Shown piece by piece: positions 10,629-20,455 of a stretch of 64,000 nucleotides of DNA. Position 1 is the first letter of the stretch. The number at the start of each line of letters is the position of its first letter. Under the pieces are notes generated by a model, which was not told where the DNA came from, did not search any database, and saw only the letters and a program-made list of their open reading frames with translations. Origin of the DNA: Rhodoferax sp. (lineage in GTDB: Bacteria; Pseudomonadota; Gammaproteobacteria; Burkholderiales; Burkholderiaceae_C); the NCBI GenBank assembly GCA_046598245.1, contig JBKJJC010000040.1, forward strand, positions 472 through 64,471, in the 5' to 3' direction. Made by a program: the position numbers and the translations under genes.

Positions 10629-11576
10629 TCACACTGCCAACAGCAGTTGGTCCAGCTTGACGGCATCGGCACAGAAAGCGCGAATGCCTTCGGCCAGCTT
10701 CTCGGTCGCCATGGCGTCTTCGTTCAGGGCGAAGCGGAAGCCCGCTTCGTCGTAATGCAAGTGCTGCAGGTCGAGATGTTGTGCACGAGCCGCGTCCAGC
10801 GCGCGCTCCAAAGGTGCTTCGGTGGCCGCCAATGTGGCCAACAAATCGGGGCTGATGGTCAGCAGGTCACAACCGGCTAGCGACGTGATCTGGCCTACAT
10901 TGCGAAAGCTCGCGCCCATGACCTCGGTGGCGATGCCGAACTTCTTGTAATAGTTGTAGATCTGGGTGACCGACTGCACGCCAGGGTCGTTGGCGTTGGC
11001 GCGCTCGGCTTCCACCCATGTCGCTCCGGCAGATTTTTTGTACCAGTCGTAAATGCGCCCTACAAATGGGGAAATCAGTTGCACCTTGGCCTGTCCGCAG
11101 GCCACGGCTTGGCAGAACGAGAACAGCAGCGTGAGGTTGGTGTGTATGCCCTTGCGCTCCAGTTGCTCGGCAGCTTGAATGCCTTCCCAGGTGGCGGCAA
11201 CCTTGATCAGGACGCGGTCAATGTGGATGTCCTGGGCTTGGTACAGCTCGATCAGGCGCTCGCCGCGTGCCACCGTGGCGTTGGTGTCAAAACTGAGGCG
11301 GGCATCGACCTCAGTGGACACGCGCCCAGGAATGATGGACAAAATCTCGCAACCAAAGCGCACCAGCAAGCGGTCCATGATTTCGTCCAGCGGACGGCCG
11401 CGAAACTGTGCCACAGTGTCCTTGAGCAAGGGCGCGTAATCTGGCTTTTGTACGGCCTTGAGGATCAGCGACGGATTGGTAGTGGCGTCTTGTGGTTGGA
11501 AGGCGCCCAGTTGCTTGAAGTCGCCGGTGTCCGCCACCACGGTGGTGAATTGTTTGAGTGCGTCGAGTTGGTTCAT
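10629..11576 (-). CDS. tal: transaldolase
   Basis: [21 protein letters not shown] and ISPFVGRI motifs. Confidence 0.98.
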   Translation of the reverse strand: MNQLDALKQFTTVVADTGDFKQLGAFQPQDATTNPSLILKAVQKPDYAPLLKDTVAQFRGRPLDEIMDRLLVRFGCEILSIIPGRVSTEVDARLSFDTNATVARGERLIELYQAQDIHIDRVLIKVAATWEGIQAAEQLERKGIHTNLTLLFSFCQAVACGQAKVQLISPFVGRIYDWYKKSAGATWVEAERANANDPGVQSVTQIYNYYKKFGIATEVMGASFRNVGQITSLAGCDLLTISPDLLATLAATEAPLERALDAARAQHLDLQHLHYDEAGFRFALNEDAMATEKLAEGIRAFCADAVKLDQLLLAV

Positions 11577-11591
11577 GTGTTGAATTATCTG

Positions 11592-11606
11592 TGAAACAAA
11601 GTTACA
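11592..11606. promoter_or_regulatory. putative HexR operator between divergent tal and zwf
   Basis: TGAAACAAAGTTACA, one mismatch from a TGTAAC-N3-GTTACA palindrome; hexR-like gene is in the zwf operon. Confidence 0.6.
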
Positions 11607-11640
11607 TTACCGTGTCTTCTTTCATGTAACTCTAAAATCT

Positions 11641-13107
11641 ATGAGCTTTGATCTTGTCTTGTTCGGTGGCACGGGTGATTTGGCCTGGCGCAAACTTATG
11701 CCAGCGTTGTTCCAGGCTTTTCGCCATGGCTCCCTGCCCGACGGCGGACGGATCATAGGCGTGGGGCGTGATGACCTGAGCACGGAGCAATACCGGGCCC
11801 TTATCCAATCGCGCTTTGACAAGGTGGATCTGGCCAAACGCCCCAGCGCCGAAGAGTTTTCGCGGTTTGCCGCGCTGCTGGATTTTGTGCGAATGGACCT
11901 CTCCAAACCAGACGATTACATCCACCTGGCCAGCACACTGCAGTCCCGCAATGCGGATACCGTGGTCATGTACCTGGCCACAGCACCCAGCCTGTTCACC
12001 ACCGTGTGTGAACAACTGGCGGCCGCCAAGCTGAACACACACCATACACGCATCGTGCTGGAGAAGCCACTGGGCCACGATTTGGCATCCAACCGCGCGA
12101 TCAACCACACCGTGCGCCGGTTTTTTGAGGAAAAGCAGGTTTTCCGCATCGACCACTATTTGGGCAAGCCCGCGGTGCAAAACCTGTTTGCGCTGCGTTT
12201 TGGTAACGCGCTGTTTGAACCGCTATGGCGGCGCGAACACATTGCCAATATCCAGATCACGATTTCAGAAGACTTGGGCGTGGAAAAGCGCGGCGCGTTT
12301 TACGAGACCACGGGCGCCCTGCGCGACATGGTGCAAAACCACGCGCTGCAACTGTTGTGCGCCATTGGTATGGAGCCGCCTATCAACTCCCACGCAGATG
12401 CTATCCGCGACGAAAAGCTCAAGGTGTTGCGTTCACTCAAGCCCTGGACGCAGGAGTCTTTGACGCAAGACGTGGTGCGCGGGCAATACGCCAGCGGCAG
12501 CATAGACGGCAGCAAGGTGCCGGGTTACCGCGAAGAACTGGGCGTTAATCCCCAGAGCAACACCGAAACATTCGTTGCGCTGCGCACCGAGATTGCCAAT
12601 TGGCGATGGGCCGGCGTGCCGTTTTATATCCGCACCGGCAAACGCCTGACTGGGCGAGACGCACACATCGTCGTCAACTTCCGGCCCACGCCGCACGCCA
12701 TTTTCAATTCTCAGATTGGCGTTGCCAATCGCCTGGTTATCAACTTGCAGCCGAAGGACGGACTGGAACTGCACCTGCTGGCCCAGGGGCAAAACAACCG
12801 CCAAGCCAAGCAAGGTGTCGCGCAAAACTTGGTCCCGGTACAGTTGGACCTTGACTTTGACAAACGTTTTGGGTCTGAGCGGGTGGGCGCCTACGAGCGC
12901 TTGTTGTTGGACGTTATTGACGACCGCCTGAATTTGTTTGTACGCAGCGACGAACAGGAAGAAGCCTGGCGCTGGGTCGAACCCATCATGAACCATTGGG
13001 CCAATGACACCCAGGGCCCGCGCATGTATGCTGCTGGCAGCTGGGGGCCCAGCGCCTCCAGCGCGATGATTGCACGTGACGGTTATTGCTGGTCTGAAGA
13101 AAGCTGA
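11641..13107 (+). CDS. zwf: glucose-6-phosphate 1-dehydrogenase
   Basis: GGTGDLA, EKPLG, RIDHYLGK and RDMVQNH motifs. Confidence 0.98.
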   Translation: MSFDLVLFGGTGDLAWRKLMPALFQAFRHGSLPDGGRIIGVGRDDLSTEQYRALIQSRFDKVDLAKRPSAEEFSRFAALLDFVRMDLSKPDDYIHLASTLQSRNADTVVMYLATAPSLFTTVCEQLAAAKLNTHHTRIVLEKPLGHDLASNRAINHTVRRFFEEKQVFRIDHYLGKPAVQNLFALRFGNALFEPLWRREHIANIQITISEDLGVEKRGAFYETTGALRDMVQNHALQLLCAIGMEPPINSHADAIRDEKLKVLRSLKPWTQESLTQDVVRGQYASGSIDGSKVPGYREELGVNPQSNTETFVALRTEIANWRWAGVPFYIRTGKRLTGRDAHIVVNFRPTPHAIFNSQIGVANRLVINLQPKDGLELHLLAQGQNNRQAKQGVAQNLVPVQLDLDFDKRFGSERVGAYERLLLDVIDDRLNLFVRSDEQEEAWRWVEPIMNHWANDTQGPRMYAAGSWGPSASSAMIARDGYCWSEES

Positions 13108-13109
13108 AC

Positions 13110-13958
13110 ATGTTGGATCGCATCCAGGCCGCCCTGCCCTCCTTGGCCCCGGCAGAACAGCGTGTGGGCAAACTCTGTCTGGCAGACCCGCGCGCCTTTG
13201 CCAAGTTGCCGGTCAGTGTGTTGGCCGACCGCTCGCATGTGAGCAAGCCCACCGTGGTGCGCTTTTGCCGCAGCGTAGGTTACGACGGCCTGGCCGATTT
13301 CAAACGCAAATTGGCGGGTACGGTCAACGAAGGCGTGCCCTTCATCCACCGCAGTGTGGACACCGATGACAAAACGTCGGACGTGATGGTCAAGGTGATT
13401 GACAACACCGTGGCCGCGTTCTTGAAATACCGCAACGAGGCCAGCACCATTGCGCTTGAAAAGGCCATCACCGCGCTGTTAACCGCCTACCAAAACAAGC
13501 ACCGCATTCTTTTCTTTGGCGTTGGCAATTCTGGAGTCGTGGCACAGGATGCGCACCACAAATTCTTCCGGTTGGGTGTCAACACCGTATCTTATAGCGA
13601 CGGGCACATGCAGGTGATGAGCGCATCGGCACTGGCGCCCGGCGACTGTGTGGTGGTCATCAGCAACTCGGGCCGCACCCGGGACCTGATGGATGCCTGT
13701 GACATCGCCCGCAAAAATGGCGCTACCACGATTGTGATTACCGCCAGCGGCTCTCCATTGGCCAGCGCAGGGCATATCCACCTGAGTGCCGACCACCCGG
13801 AAAGCTTTGACAAGTACAGCCCCATGGTCTCACGGCTCTTGCACCTCATGATTATTGACATACTGGCAACCTGTATGGCATTGCGCATTGGTAGCACAAC
13901 GCTTCAGCCCTTGTTGAGTGAGATGAAAAGCAATTTGCGAAGCAAGCGTTACACATAA
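13110..13958 (+). CDS. hexR: RpiR/HexR family transcriptional regulator (HTH plus SIS)
   Basis: VSKPTVVRFCR HTH, SNSG SIS motif; downstream of zwf. Confidence 0.88.
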   Translation: MLDRIQAALPSLAPAEQRVGKLCLADPRAFAKLPVSVLADRSHVSKPTVVRFCRSVGYDGLADFKRKLAGTVNEGVPFIHRSVDTDDKTSDVMVKVIDNTVAAFLKYRNEASTIALEKAITALLTAYQNKHRILFFGVGNSGVVAQDAHHKFFRLGVNTVSYSDGHMQVMSASALAPGDCVVVISNSGRTRDLMDACDIARKNGATTIVITASGSPLASAGHIHLSADHPESFDKYSPMVSRLLHLMIIDILATCMALRIGSTTLQPLLSEMKSNLRSKRYT

Positions 13959-13975
13959 TCCTTTGCGCCAAAGCA

Positions 13976-14007
13976 AAACCCCCGCTACGTTGCCGTAGCG
14001 GGGGTTT
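13976..14007. terminator. bidirectional rho-independent terminator
   Basis: AAACCCCCGCTACG-ttgc-CGTAGCGGGGGTTT. Confidence 0.9.
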
Positions 14008-14045
14008 ATTCTTGAAACCCTTAGCTGGCTTATGCCAGCATCAGA

Positions 14046-14981
14046 TTAGAAGTTGTGGCGAATGCCGACGCCGTATGTCTGGGAAGCCACAGCAGTCTTC
14101 TTCAGAGTTGTGCCAGACTTGCCGTCATCATAGTAAGCGCCGTAAATGGTAGTACGCTTGCTCAGGCTGTAGCCACCGTACACGACAAAGTTGGTGTCGT
14201 CAAAGCCGGTGTCTTGTGCGACGTCAACTGTGAACTTCCAAGGGCCCATGGGCACAGAAGCACCCAAAGAATAACCTTGTGATTGACCAGCTGCGTCTTG
14301 GAAGCTGGCTGCAACGCTGAACGCGCCAAAGTTGTAGTTTGCGCCCAAAGCGTAGTTGCCGTCAGAAGCGCTGCTCAGCTTGTTGTAGGACAGGGCAGTT
14401 GCCAATGGGCCAGCGACATAAGATACCATCGCATCAACCTTGCTGACGTCTTGCTTAGGAGCAACAGCCAGGTCCAACTCAGTCACATAACCCAAAATAG
14501 CGGAGAAACCACCCACCTTAGTGGCGTAGCTGAATTCGCTGTTGTTGCGCGAACCGGCACCAGCAAAACCGAACTGGTTGCCAACAGCTGTGAAGTTAGC
14601 AGCGCCTGTCAATTCCCATGTGGCAACGCCAAAGAAGGAAGGAGTCAGCGTACGGCCAGCTTTGAAACGACCGATGGATGTATCCAAAGCGACGTAGGCG
14701 TAACGGCCGCTGGTGGTTTCAGTAGCGCCAGTTTCGTAGTTGATGTTTTGCTCGAACTGTGCAGTCAACTTCATGCCGCCACCCAGATCCTCAACAACCT
14801 TCATACCCCAACGGCTGTTACCGTCATTCAGCAGGCCGTTGGCAGACATGGATGCGTCGCTACGAACGCCTGTTGCATTTGTTGCCGACAAAGACAGATC
14901 AGCAACACCGTACAAAGTAACTTGGGCCATCGAGGCAGTGGATGCGGCCAAAACGGCCAAAGCGATGAGGGTTTTTTTCAT
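14046..14981 (-). CDS. outer membrane porin (Gram-negative/Omp32-type)
   Basis: signal peptide, VTLYG, EDLGGG, YSLSKRT and C-terminal GIRHNF. Confidence 0.95.
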   Translation of the reverse strand: MKKTLIALAVLAASTASMAQVTLYGVADLSLSATNATGVRSDASMSANGLLNDGNSRWGMKVVEDLGGGMKLTAQFEQNINYETGATETTSGRYAYVALDTSIGRFKAGRTLTPSFFGVATWELTGAANFTAVGNQFGFAGAGSRNNSEFSYATKVGGFSAILGYVTELDLAVAPKQDVSKVDAMVSYVAGPLATALSYNKLSSASDGNYALGANYNFGAFSVAASFQDAAGQSQGYSLGASVPMGPWKFTVDVAQDTGFDDTNFVVYGGYSLSKRTTIYGAYYDDGKSGTTLKKTAVASQTYGVGIRHNF

Positions 14982-15233
14982 TTCGGGTTTCTCAAAAAGG
15001 TTAAACAGCGGGCTCAGGTCCTACGGGATCAGAACCCCGGGCCAACCTCCTAGTTCAGGAAGTTGGGTGTATTGCACCAGACCCACACCTTTTTGGCAAA
15101 GCATTGACCCTAAAAAGACCGGAAAAACCCTAAATCCACGGGCATTCGTTGCAGGGTTGCAACAATATGTTCCCCCTACACGACACCACAATCGCGCTAG
15201 ACTGGCGGACTGATCTTTTTACGGAGTTTCCCC

Positions 15234-15851
15234 ATGGATTCGCTGCTAAATGCCGCAGATTCCGCCCTGCGCACCCTGTTTGCGAAGCCACAAGCGTCAC
15301 ACGCCTGTCCTACTTTGGCAGAGCAGGCGACACAGCTCGACGCATCCGAAAGCCGTTCTTCTGCTGCTTTAATGCGGGTTAACCATGTGGGCGAGGTATG
15401 CGCCCAAGCGTTATATACAGCGCAAGCGCTTACTACCCGCAATCCCGCACTGCGCGCGCATTTCACACAGGCCTGCGTTGAAGAAACCGACCATTTGGCT
15501 TGGACAGCACAACGCTTGGGCGAATTGAACGCTCGGCCTTCACTGCTCAACCCGCTCTGGTACGCAGGTGCATTTGGTCTGGGCTTATTGGCGGGGCGCT
15601 TGGGTGACCGGGTCAGCCTCGGATTTGTCGTAGAAACTGAAATTCAAGTTGGCGCCCACTTACAAAGCCATTTAGACGAACTTCCGGTTGGCGACCATGC
15701 TTCCCGAGCCATCGTTTTACAAATGCGTGATGACGAACTTCAGCATGCCCAGGCGGCCCGAGACGCCGGGGCGATGGAACTACCCCAACCGGTCAAAGAC
15801 CTGATGCGCGCTGCCGCCAAAGTGATGACCACCGTGGCGCACCACGTTTAA
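15234..15851 (+). CDS. coq7: demethoxyubiquinone hydroxylase (di-iron)
   Basis: [20 protein letters not shown] and DE..H motifs. Confidence 0.95.
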   Translation: MDSLLNAADSALRTLFAKPQASHACPTLAEQATQLDASESRSSAALMRVNHVGEVCAQALYTAQALTTRNPALRAHFTQACVEETDHLAWTAQRLGELNARPSLLNPLWYAGAFGLGLLAGRLGDRVSLGFVVETEIQVGAHLQSHLDELPVGDHASRAIVLQMRDDELQHAQAARDAGAMELPQPVKDLMRAAAKVMTTVAHHV

Positions 15852-16297
15852 GTATCTAAAAGCTCGAAACTGGTCGTAATTTCGGCCATCTTCGCCAACA
15901 TGATGCTGGCTGAACAGTATTTCTCATGACTCAGAGCGATCGCACGCTCCACAGCAACTGCCGGAATTGCCTTTCCGGTCACCGTAAAGTGCATGTGAAT
16001 TTTGGTGAACACTTTGGGTTCGGTTTGTGCGCGCTCTGCTGTGAGCTTGACTGTGCAGCCCTGCACGGCATGGCGACCCCGTTTTAAGATGAGCACCACG
16101 TCGTAGGCGGTACAACCCCCTGTTCCGGCCAAAACGGTCTCCATCGGCCGCGGCGCGAGATTTTGCCCTCCATTTTCCAGTTTGTCGGCATCTGGGGCGC
16201 CATCCATGACCAATGTGTGACCACTTCCGGTTTCGGCTACAAAACCCATGGCCGAGCGTGTGCTTAAAGCCCCGGTCCAACTGACTGTGCATTCCAT
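15848..16297 (-). CDS. OsmC family protein (YhfA-like)
   Basis: PME..L..GGCT and KYCSAS motifs. Confidence 0.9.
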   Translation of the reverse strand: MECTVSWTGALSTRSAMGFVAETGSGHTLVMDGAPDADKLENGGQNLAPRPMETVLAGTGGCTAYDVVLILKRGRHAVQGCTVKLTAERAQTEPKVFTKIHMHFTVTGKAIPAVAVERAIALSHEKYCSASIMLAKMAEITTSFELLDT

Positions 16298-16378
16298 GTT
16301 CCTGCTCCTTGGCGTTTGGTACACACCGCATCTGCGGCAAGCTGGCGATTATCATGTGTCAACACTTGCCTCTCTGCC

Positions 16379-17983
16379 ATGACGACCAAACAGCCACTGC
16401 ACCTGACACCCGACGACTACCTTAAAAAAATCCTGACCGCCCGTGTCTATGACGTAGCGACGGAATCGGCGCTCGAACCCGCCAAACAGCTGGGCAAACG
16501 CCTACACAACACGGTGTTGCTCAAGCGCGAAGACCAGCAACCGGTGCGCAGTTTCAAATTGCGCGGCGCCTATAACAAGATGGCCCAACTCAGCGCAGAA
16601 CAGTTGGCCAAGGGCGTTATTTGCGCCTCTGCCGGCAACCATGCGCAGGGTGTTGCGCTCAGCGCGCACAAACTGGGCACACGCGCCGTCATCGTGATGC
16701 CCACCACCACGCCCCAAGTGAAAGTAGACGCGGTGCGGGGGTTTGGTGGCGAGGTGGTGCTGCATGGCGACAGCTACTCGGACGCCTACGCCCACTCACT
16801 TGCCCTACAAAAAAAACAAGGGTTGACCTTTGTCCATCCATTTGACGACCCGGACGTGATTGCGGGCCAGGGCACGATCGCCATGGAAATTCTGCGCCAG
16901 GTTCAAACGCTGCACAAACGCGGCCCAGGCAGTGCACAAGACGCAACACCGCGACCCGCATTGGATGCGGTCTTTGTTGCAATTGGCGGCGGGGGTCTGG
17001 TGTCGGGTGTGGCTAACTACATCAAGGCAGTGGACCCACGCATCAAGGTCATTGGTGTGCAAACCAATGACTCAGATGCAATGCTGCAATCAGTCAAGGC
17101 AAAGCAGCGGGTCACCCTAACGGACGTTGGCCTTTTTGCCGACGGTACTGCCGTGAAACTGGTCGGTGAAGAAACGTTCCGTATCGCCAGTGGTTTGGTG
17201 GATGAGTACATCGTGGTGGACACCGACGCCGTCTGCGCAGCCATCAAGGACATCTTCATCGACACCCGCAGCATCGTCGAGCCGTCGGGCGCCATGGCAG
17301 TGGCAGCGGTCAAGCAATACGTTGCGAAGAACAAAACCAAAGGCGAGACCTACGCCGCCATTTTGTGCGGCGCCAATATGAATTTTGACCGACTGCGCTT
17401 TGTTGCAGAACGGGCGGAAGTGGGTGAAGAACGTGAGGCACTGTTTGCTGTCACGATTCCCGAAGAGCGCGGCAGTTTCAAACGGTTCTGCGCGTTGATT
17501 GGCGAGTTACCCGGGGGCCCACGCAATGTGACCGAGTTCAATTACCGCATCAGCGATTCAGCCAAAGCCCATGTCTTTGTAGGCCTGACCACACAGGGCA
17601 AAGGCGAATCGACCAAGGTCGCGCTGAACTTCACCAAACACGGCTTTCAGACACTGGACCTGACACACGATGAACTCGCCAAAGAGCACATTCGGCATAT
17701 GGTCGGCGGCCACTCTTCCCTGGCGGAAAACGAACGTGTGCTGCGCTTTATTTTCCCCGAGCGGCCCGGTGCACTGATGAAGTTTCTGAGTCTGATGCGC
17801 CCTGGCTGGAACATCAGCCTGTTCCACTACCGCAACCAAGGAGCCGACTACGGCCGTATCCTGGTTGGGCTGCAAGTACCCAAGACCGATGACAAGGCGT
17901 TTGCCAAGTTCTTGCAAACCTTGGGTTACCCCTATGTGGAAGAAACCCACAATCCGGTTTACCGCATGTTTTTGCAATGCTGA
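16379..17983 (+). CDS. ilvA: threonine ammonia-lyase, biosynthetic
   Basis: SFKLRGAYN PLP lysine, SAGNHAQG, C-terminal regulatory repeats (PERPGAL). Confidence 0.97.
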   Translation: MTTKQPLHLTPDDYLKKILTARVYDVATESALEPAKQLGKRLHNTVLLKREDQQPVRSFKLRGAYNKMAQLSAEQLAKGVICASAGNHAQGVALSAHKLGTRAVIVMPTTTPQVKVDAVRGFGGEVVLHGDSYSDAYAHSLALQKKQGLTFVHPFDDPDVIAGQGTIAMEILRQVQTLHKRGPGSAQDATPRPALDAVFVAIGGGGLVSGVANYIKAVDPRIKVIGVQTNDSDAMLQSVKAKQRVTLTDVGLFADGTAVKLVGEETFRIASGLVDEYIVVDTDAVCAAIKDIFIDTRSIVEPSGAMAVAAVKQYVAKNKTKGETYAAILCGANMNFDRLRFVAERAEVGEEREALFAVTIPEERGSFKRFCALIGELPGGPRNVTEFNYRISDSAKAHVFVGLTTQGKGESTKVALNFTKHGFQTLDLTHDELAKEHIRHMVGGHSSLAENERVLRFIFPERPGALMKFLSLMRPGWNISLFHYRNQGADYGRILVGLQVPKTDDKAFAKFLQTLGYPYVEETHNPVYRMFLQC

Positions 17984-17986
17984 TAC

Positions 17987-18074
17987 CTTGCGGGACAGAC
18001 CGAAGCGTAGCGTAGCTCTGTCCCCAACTGACTAGGGGTGTTCTTGCGGGACAGACTGTAGCTCTGTCCCCAAC
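17987..18074. repeat. tandem pair of REP-like hairpins
   Basis: CTTGCGGGACAGAC..GTAGCTCTGTCCCCAAC twice (17987-18028 and 18043-18074). Confidence 0.85.
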
Positions 18075-18091
18075 CGATTAAGGGTATTCAC

Positions 18092-18988
18092 ATGGGAATT
18101 TCTCTGGACGGCAAATTGGTGGTGGCCATTTCCAGCCGCGCATTGTTCGACTTTGAAGAGGAGAACAAGGTCTTCGAACAGTCCGACGACACCGCCTACA
18201 TGCGCCTACAACTGGAGAGGCTGGACGTACCGGCAAAGCCCGGTGTAGCGTTCTCGCTGGTCCAAAAGCTGCTCGCATTCAATGAAGCCTCGTCACAAAA
18301 AGTAGAGGTTGTTATTTTGTCGCGCAATGACCCTGTCAGCGGCCTGCGCGTCATGAAGTCGGCCGCGCACTATGCTCTGCCCATCATCCGCTGCGCGTTT
18401 ACACGGGGCGAGCCGCCCTGGCGCTACCTCAAACCCTTGCACGCCAACCTATTTTTGAGCACCCACCTGAGCGACGTACGCGCGGCTTTGGCTGCCGGCG
18501 TACCGGCTGCGCAAGCCTACCCCCACTCCGCACATGCCAGTGATGCACATCCCACCGAAGTGCGCATTGCATTTGACGGCGATGCAGTGCTGTTCAGCGA
18601 CGAAGCTGAACGTGTGTACCAGGCACAGGGGTTGAACGCCTTTCAGCAACACGAAATGGAGAAGGTCGCTTTACCGCTCCCAGATGGGCCGTTCAAGCCC
18701 CTGTTGGTTGCCCTGCACAGACTGCAGCAAGCGGCAACACCGCAAATGCGCATTCGCACAGCCCTGGTCACCGCCCGAAGCGCACCCGCCCACGAGCGCG
18801 CCATCCGAACGCTGATGAACTGGAGCATTGCCGTTGATGAGGCCATGTTTCTGGGCGGTTTGGACAAGGGTGAATTCCTGCGTGAATTTGAACCCGATTT
18901 TTTCTTTGACGACCAGACTGGCCACATAGAGTCCGCCGCACGGCACGTGCCTTCCGGCCATGTCGTTAGTGGAGTTCGCAACGGCTGA
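18092..18988 (+). CDS. 5'-nucleotidase (cytosolic nucleotidase I family)
   Basis: AISSRALF, RIAFDGDAVLF and FFDDQ motifs. Confidence 0.92.
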   Translation: MGISLDGKLVVAISSRALFDFEEENKVFEQSDDTAYMRLQLERLDVPAKPGVAFSLVQKLLAFNEASSQKVEVVILSRNDPVSGLRVMKSAAHYALPIIRCAFTRGEPPWRYLKPLHANLFLSTHLSDVRAALAAGVPAAQAYPHSAHASDAHPTEVRIAFDGDAVLFSDEAERVYQAQGLNAFQQHEMEKVALPLPDGPFKPLLVALHRLQQAATPQMRIRTALVTARSAPAHERAIRTLMNWSIAVDEAMFLGGLDKGEFLREFEPDFFFDDQTGHIESAARHVPSGHVVSGVRNG

Positions 18989-19029
18989 CGATTCGGCAAC
19001 CGCTCCCATGCGCGGACGGGCTGGAATGG

Positions 19030-19731
19030 TTAGGAACCAACCGCAGAATACCCCGCAAAACCTTTGACACGCAACACACAGGCCGGGCATTCACCACACC
19101 CATAGCCCCAGGCATGCCGATGCAATCGGTCACCCAAATAACAGGTGTGTGTGTGCTCCACGATCAGGTCTACCAGAGGCTGTCCACCCAACTGGTGTGC
19201 CATAGTCCATGTGGCCGCTTTGTCAATCCACATCAAAGGTGTTTCAATCAAGAACCGTTTGTCCATACCCAGTGACAGTGCCAATTGCATGGCCTTCATC
19301 GTGTCGTCGCGGCAATCTGGGTAACCGGAAAAATCGGTTTCGCAGACACCGGTAACGATGACCTGCAGATCTCGCCTGTAGGCAACTGCCGCTGCCAGGG
19401 TCATAAACAGTAGGTTGCGCCCGGGCACGAAAGTATTCGGCAAGCCCGTGCTTTCCATCCGAAAAGCAGTGTCGCGCGTCAGCGATGTTTCGCTAACTGC
19501 GCCCAGCACCGCCAGATCCAGCATATGGTCCTCACCCAGTTTGTGGGCCCACTGCGGAAACTGGGCGCGAATCTCGCGCATCACCACTAGCCGTGCGTCC
19601 AGCTCTACGCTGTGGCGTTGCCGGTAATCAAAGGCAATGGTTTCAACGCGTTCATAGCGCTGCAGAGCGTGGGCCAGGCAGGTAGTGGAGTCCTGACCGC
19701 CAGAAAAAAGTACGAGGGCGCTGGTATGCAT
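19030..19731 (-). CDS. queC: 7-cyano-7-deazaguanine synthase
   Basis: SGGQDST, VPGRN, GYPDCR and CGECPAC motifs. Confidence 0.96.
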   Translation of the reverse strand: MHTSALVLFSGGQDSTTCLAHALQRYERVETIAFDYRQRHSVELDARLVVMREIRAQFPQWAHKLGEDHMLDLAVLGAVSETSLTRDTAFRMESTGLPNTFVPGRNLLFMTLAAAVAYRRDLQVIVTGVCETDFSGYPDCRDDTMKAMQLALSLGMDKRFLIETPLMWIDKAATWTMAHQLGGQPLVDLIVEHTHTCYLGDRLHRHAWGYGCGECPACVLRVKGFAGYSAVGS

Positions 19732-19776
19732 GGCCCCAATGTTAAAACACGGCACCGCCTGACCGCACAATGGCGA

Positions 19777-20274
19777 TCAGATGCGCTCGTTCTTTTTGAT
19801 GATGTTGTGGTCGTAGACCAGCACTTCTTTGGCGAAATTTCCAGGGGTATCCGATGGCGACATGGGAACAGTAGGCTTCAACTGATTATTCACCTGCTCG
19901 AGTTGAATCGCGCTTGCGCTAGCGGTCCATAAATTCTTGATGTGTTCCATCAACAATTGGTGGATGGGTTTGGGCGGAGGGTCTTCCACTTTATCTGTGG
20001 CAGGCCTGCGGATTGTCCAATCTTTTTGCGCGGTGGCGGCCTCCGAACCCGGTCTGCCGGGGTCTGAGACACTGGCGTAAACGGACTCACCTTCATTCCC
20101 TTTGAGCGCGGGATTCACCAGATTTACAACGCTGGGCACTGGCTCCAGGCCGGAACTCCCAGTCACCGAGGGGTTTACAGGGGCAACCGGTATCACCCTG
20201 TTTGCCCCGAACGAAACCACATCCGCACCGCTGGGGCGCTGATTGGGGATTCGATCAATGGTGGGCAACTGCAT
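19777..20274 (-). CDS. hypothetical Pro-rich protein, probably FliA-regulated
   Basis: open frame of 165 aa with GAGG RBS-like element and a sigma28 promoter upstream. Confidence 0.7.
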   Translation of the reverse strand: MQLPTIDRIPNQRPSGADVVSFGANRVIPVAPVNPSVTGSSGLEPVPSVVNLVNPALKGNEGESVYASVSDPGRPGSEAATAQKDWTIRRPATDKVEDPPPKPIHQLLMEHIKNLWTASASAIQLEQVNNQLKPTVPMSPSDTPGNFAKEVLVYDHNIIKKNERI

Positions 20275-20328
20275 TTTGTTTAGGGCTTTTGGCCCCCTCA
20301 CTTACTTTTCTTCGTGGACGTAAGCTTC

Positions 20329-20355
20329 TTAACGGCAGATTTAGGGGATTATTTA
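20329..20355 (-). promoter_or_regulatory. sigma28 (FliA) promoter
   Basis: minus strand TAAA-N15-GCCGTTAA vs consensus TAAA-N15-GCCGATAA. Confidence 0.75.
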
Positions 20356-20455
20356 GGCCTATTTTCAAAAATTTTTAAATAAATGAGCCTTTTGGCAAAA
20401 AACTGTAGTTTTGCACTATTTTGGTGCGAAATTGGTTTAAAAAGCTCCGATTCGG

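Noticed and set aside
17987-18074. Mini CRISPR array
   Set aside because: Only two units of unequal length, a 14-bp spacer and no cas genes; fits REP-like hairpins
19732-19776. preQ1 riboswitch upstream of queC
   Set aside because: Spacer is only 45 bp and lacks the characteristic stem plus A-rich tail
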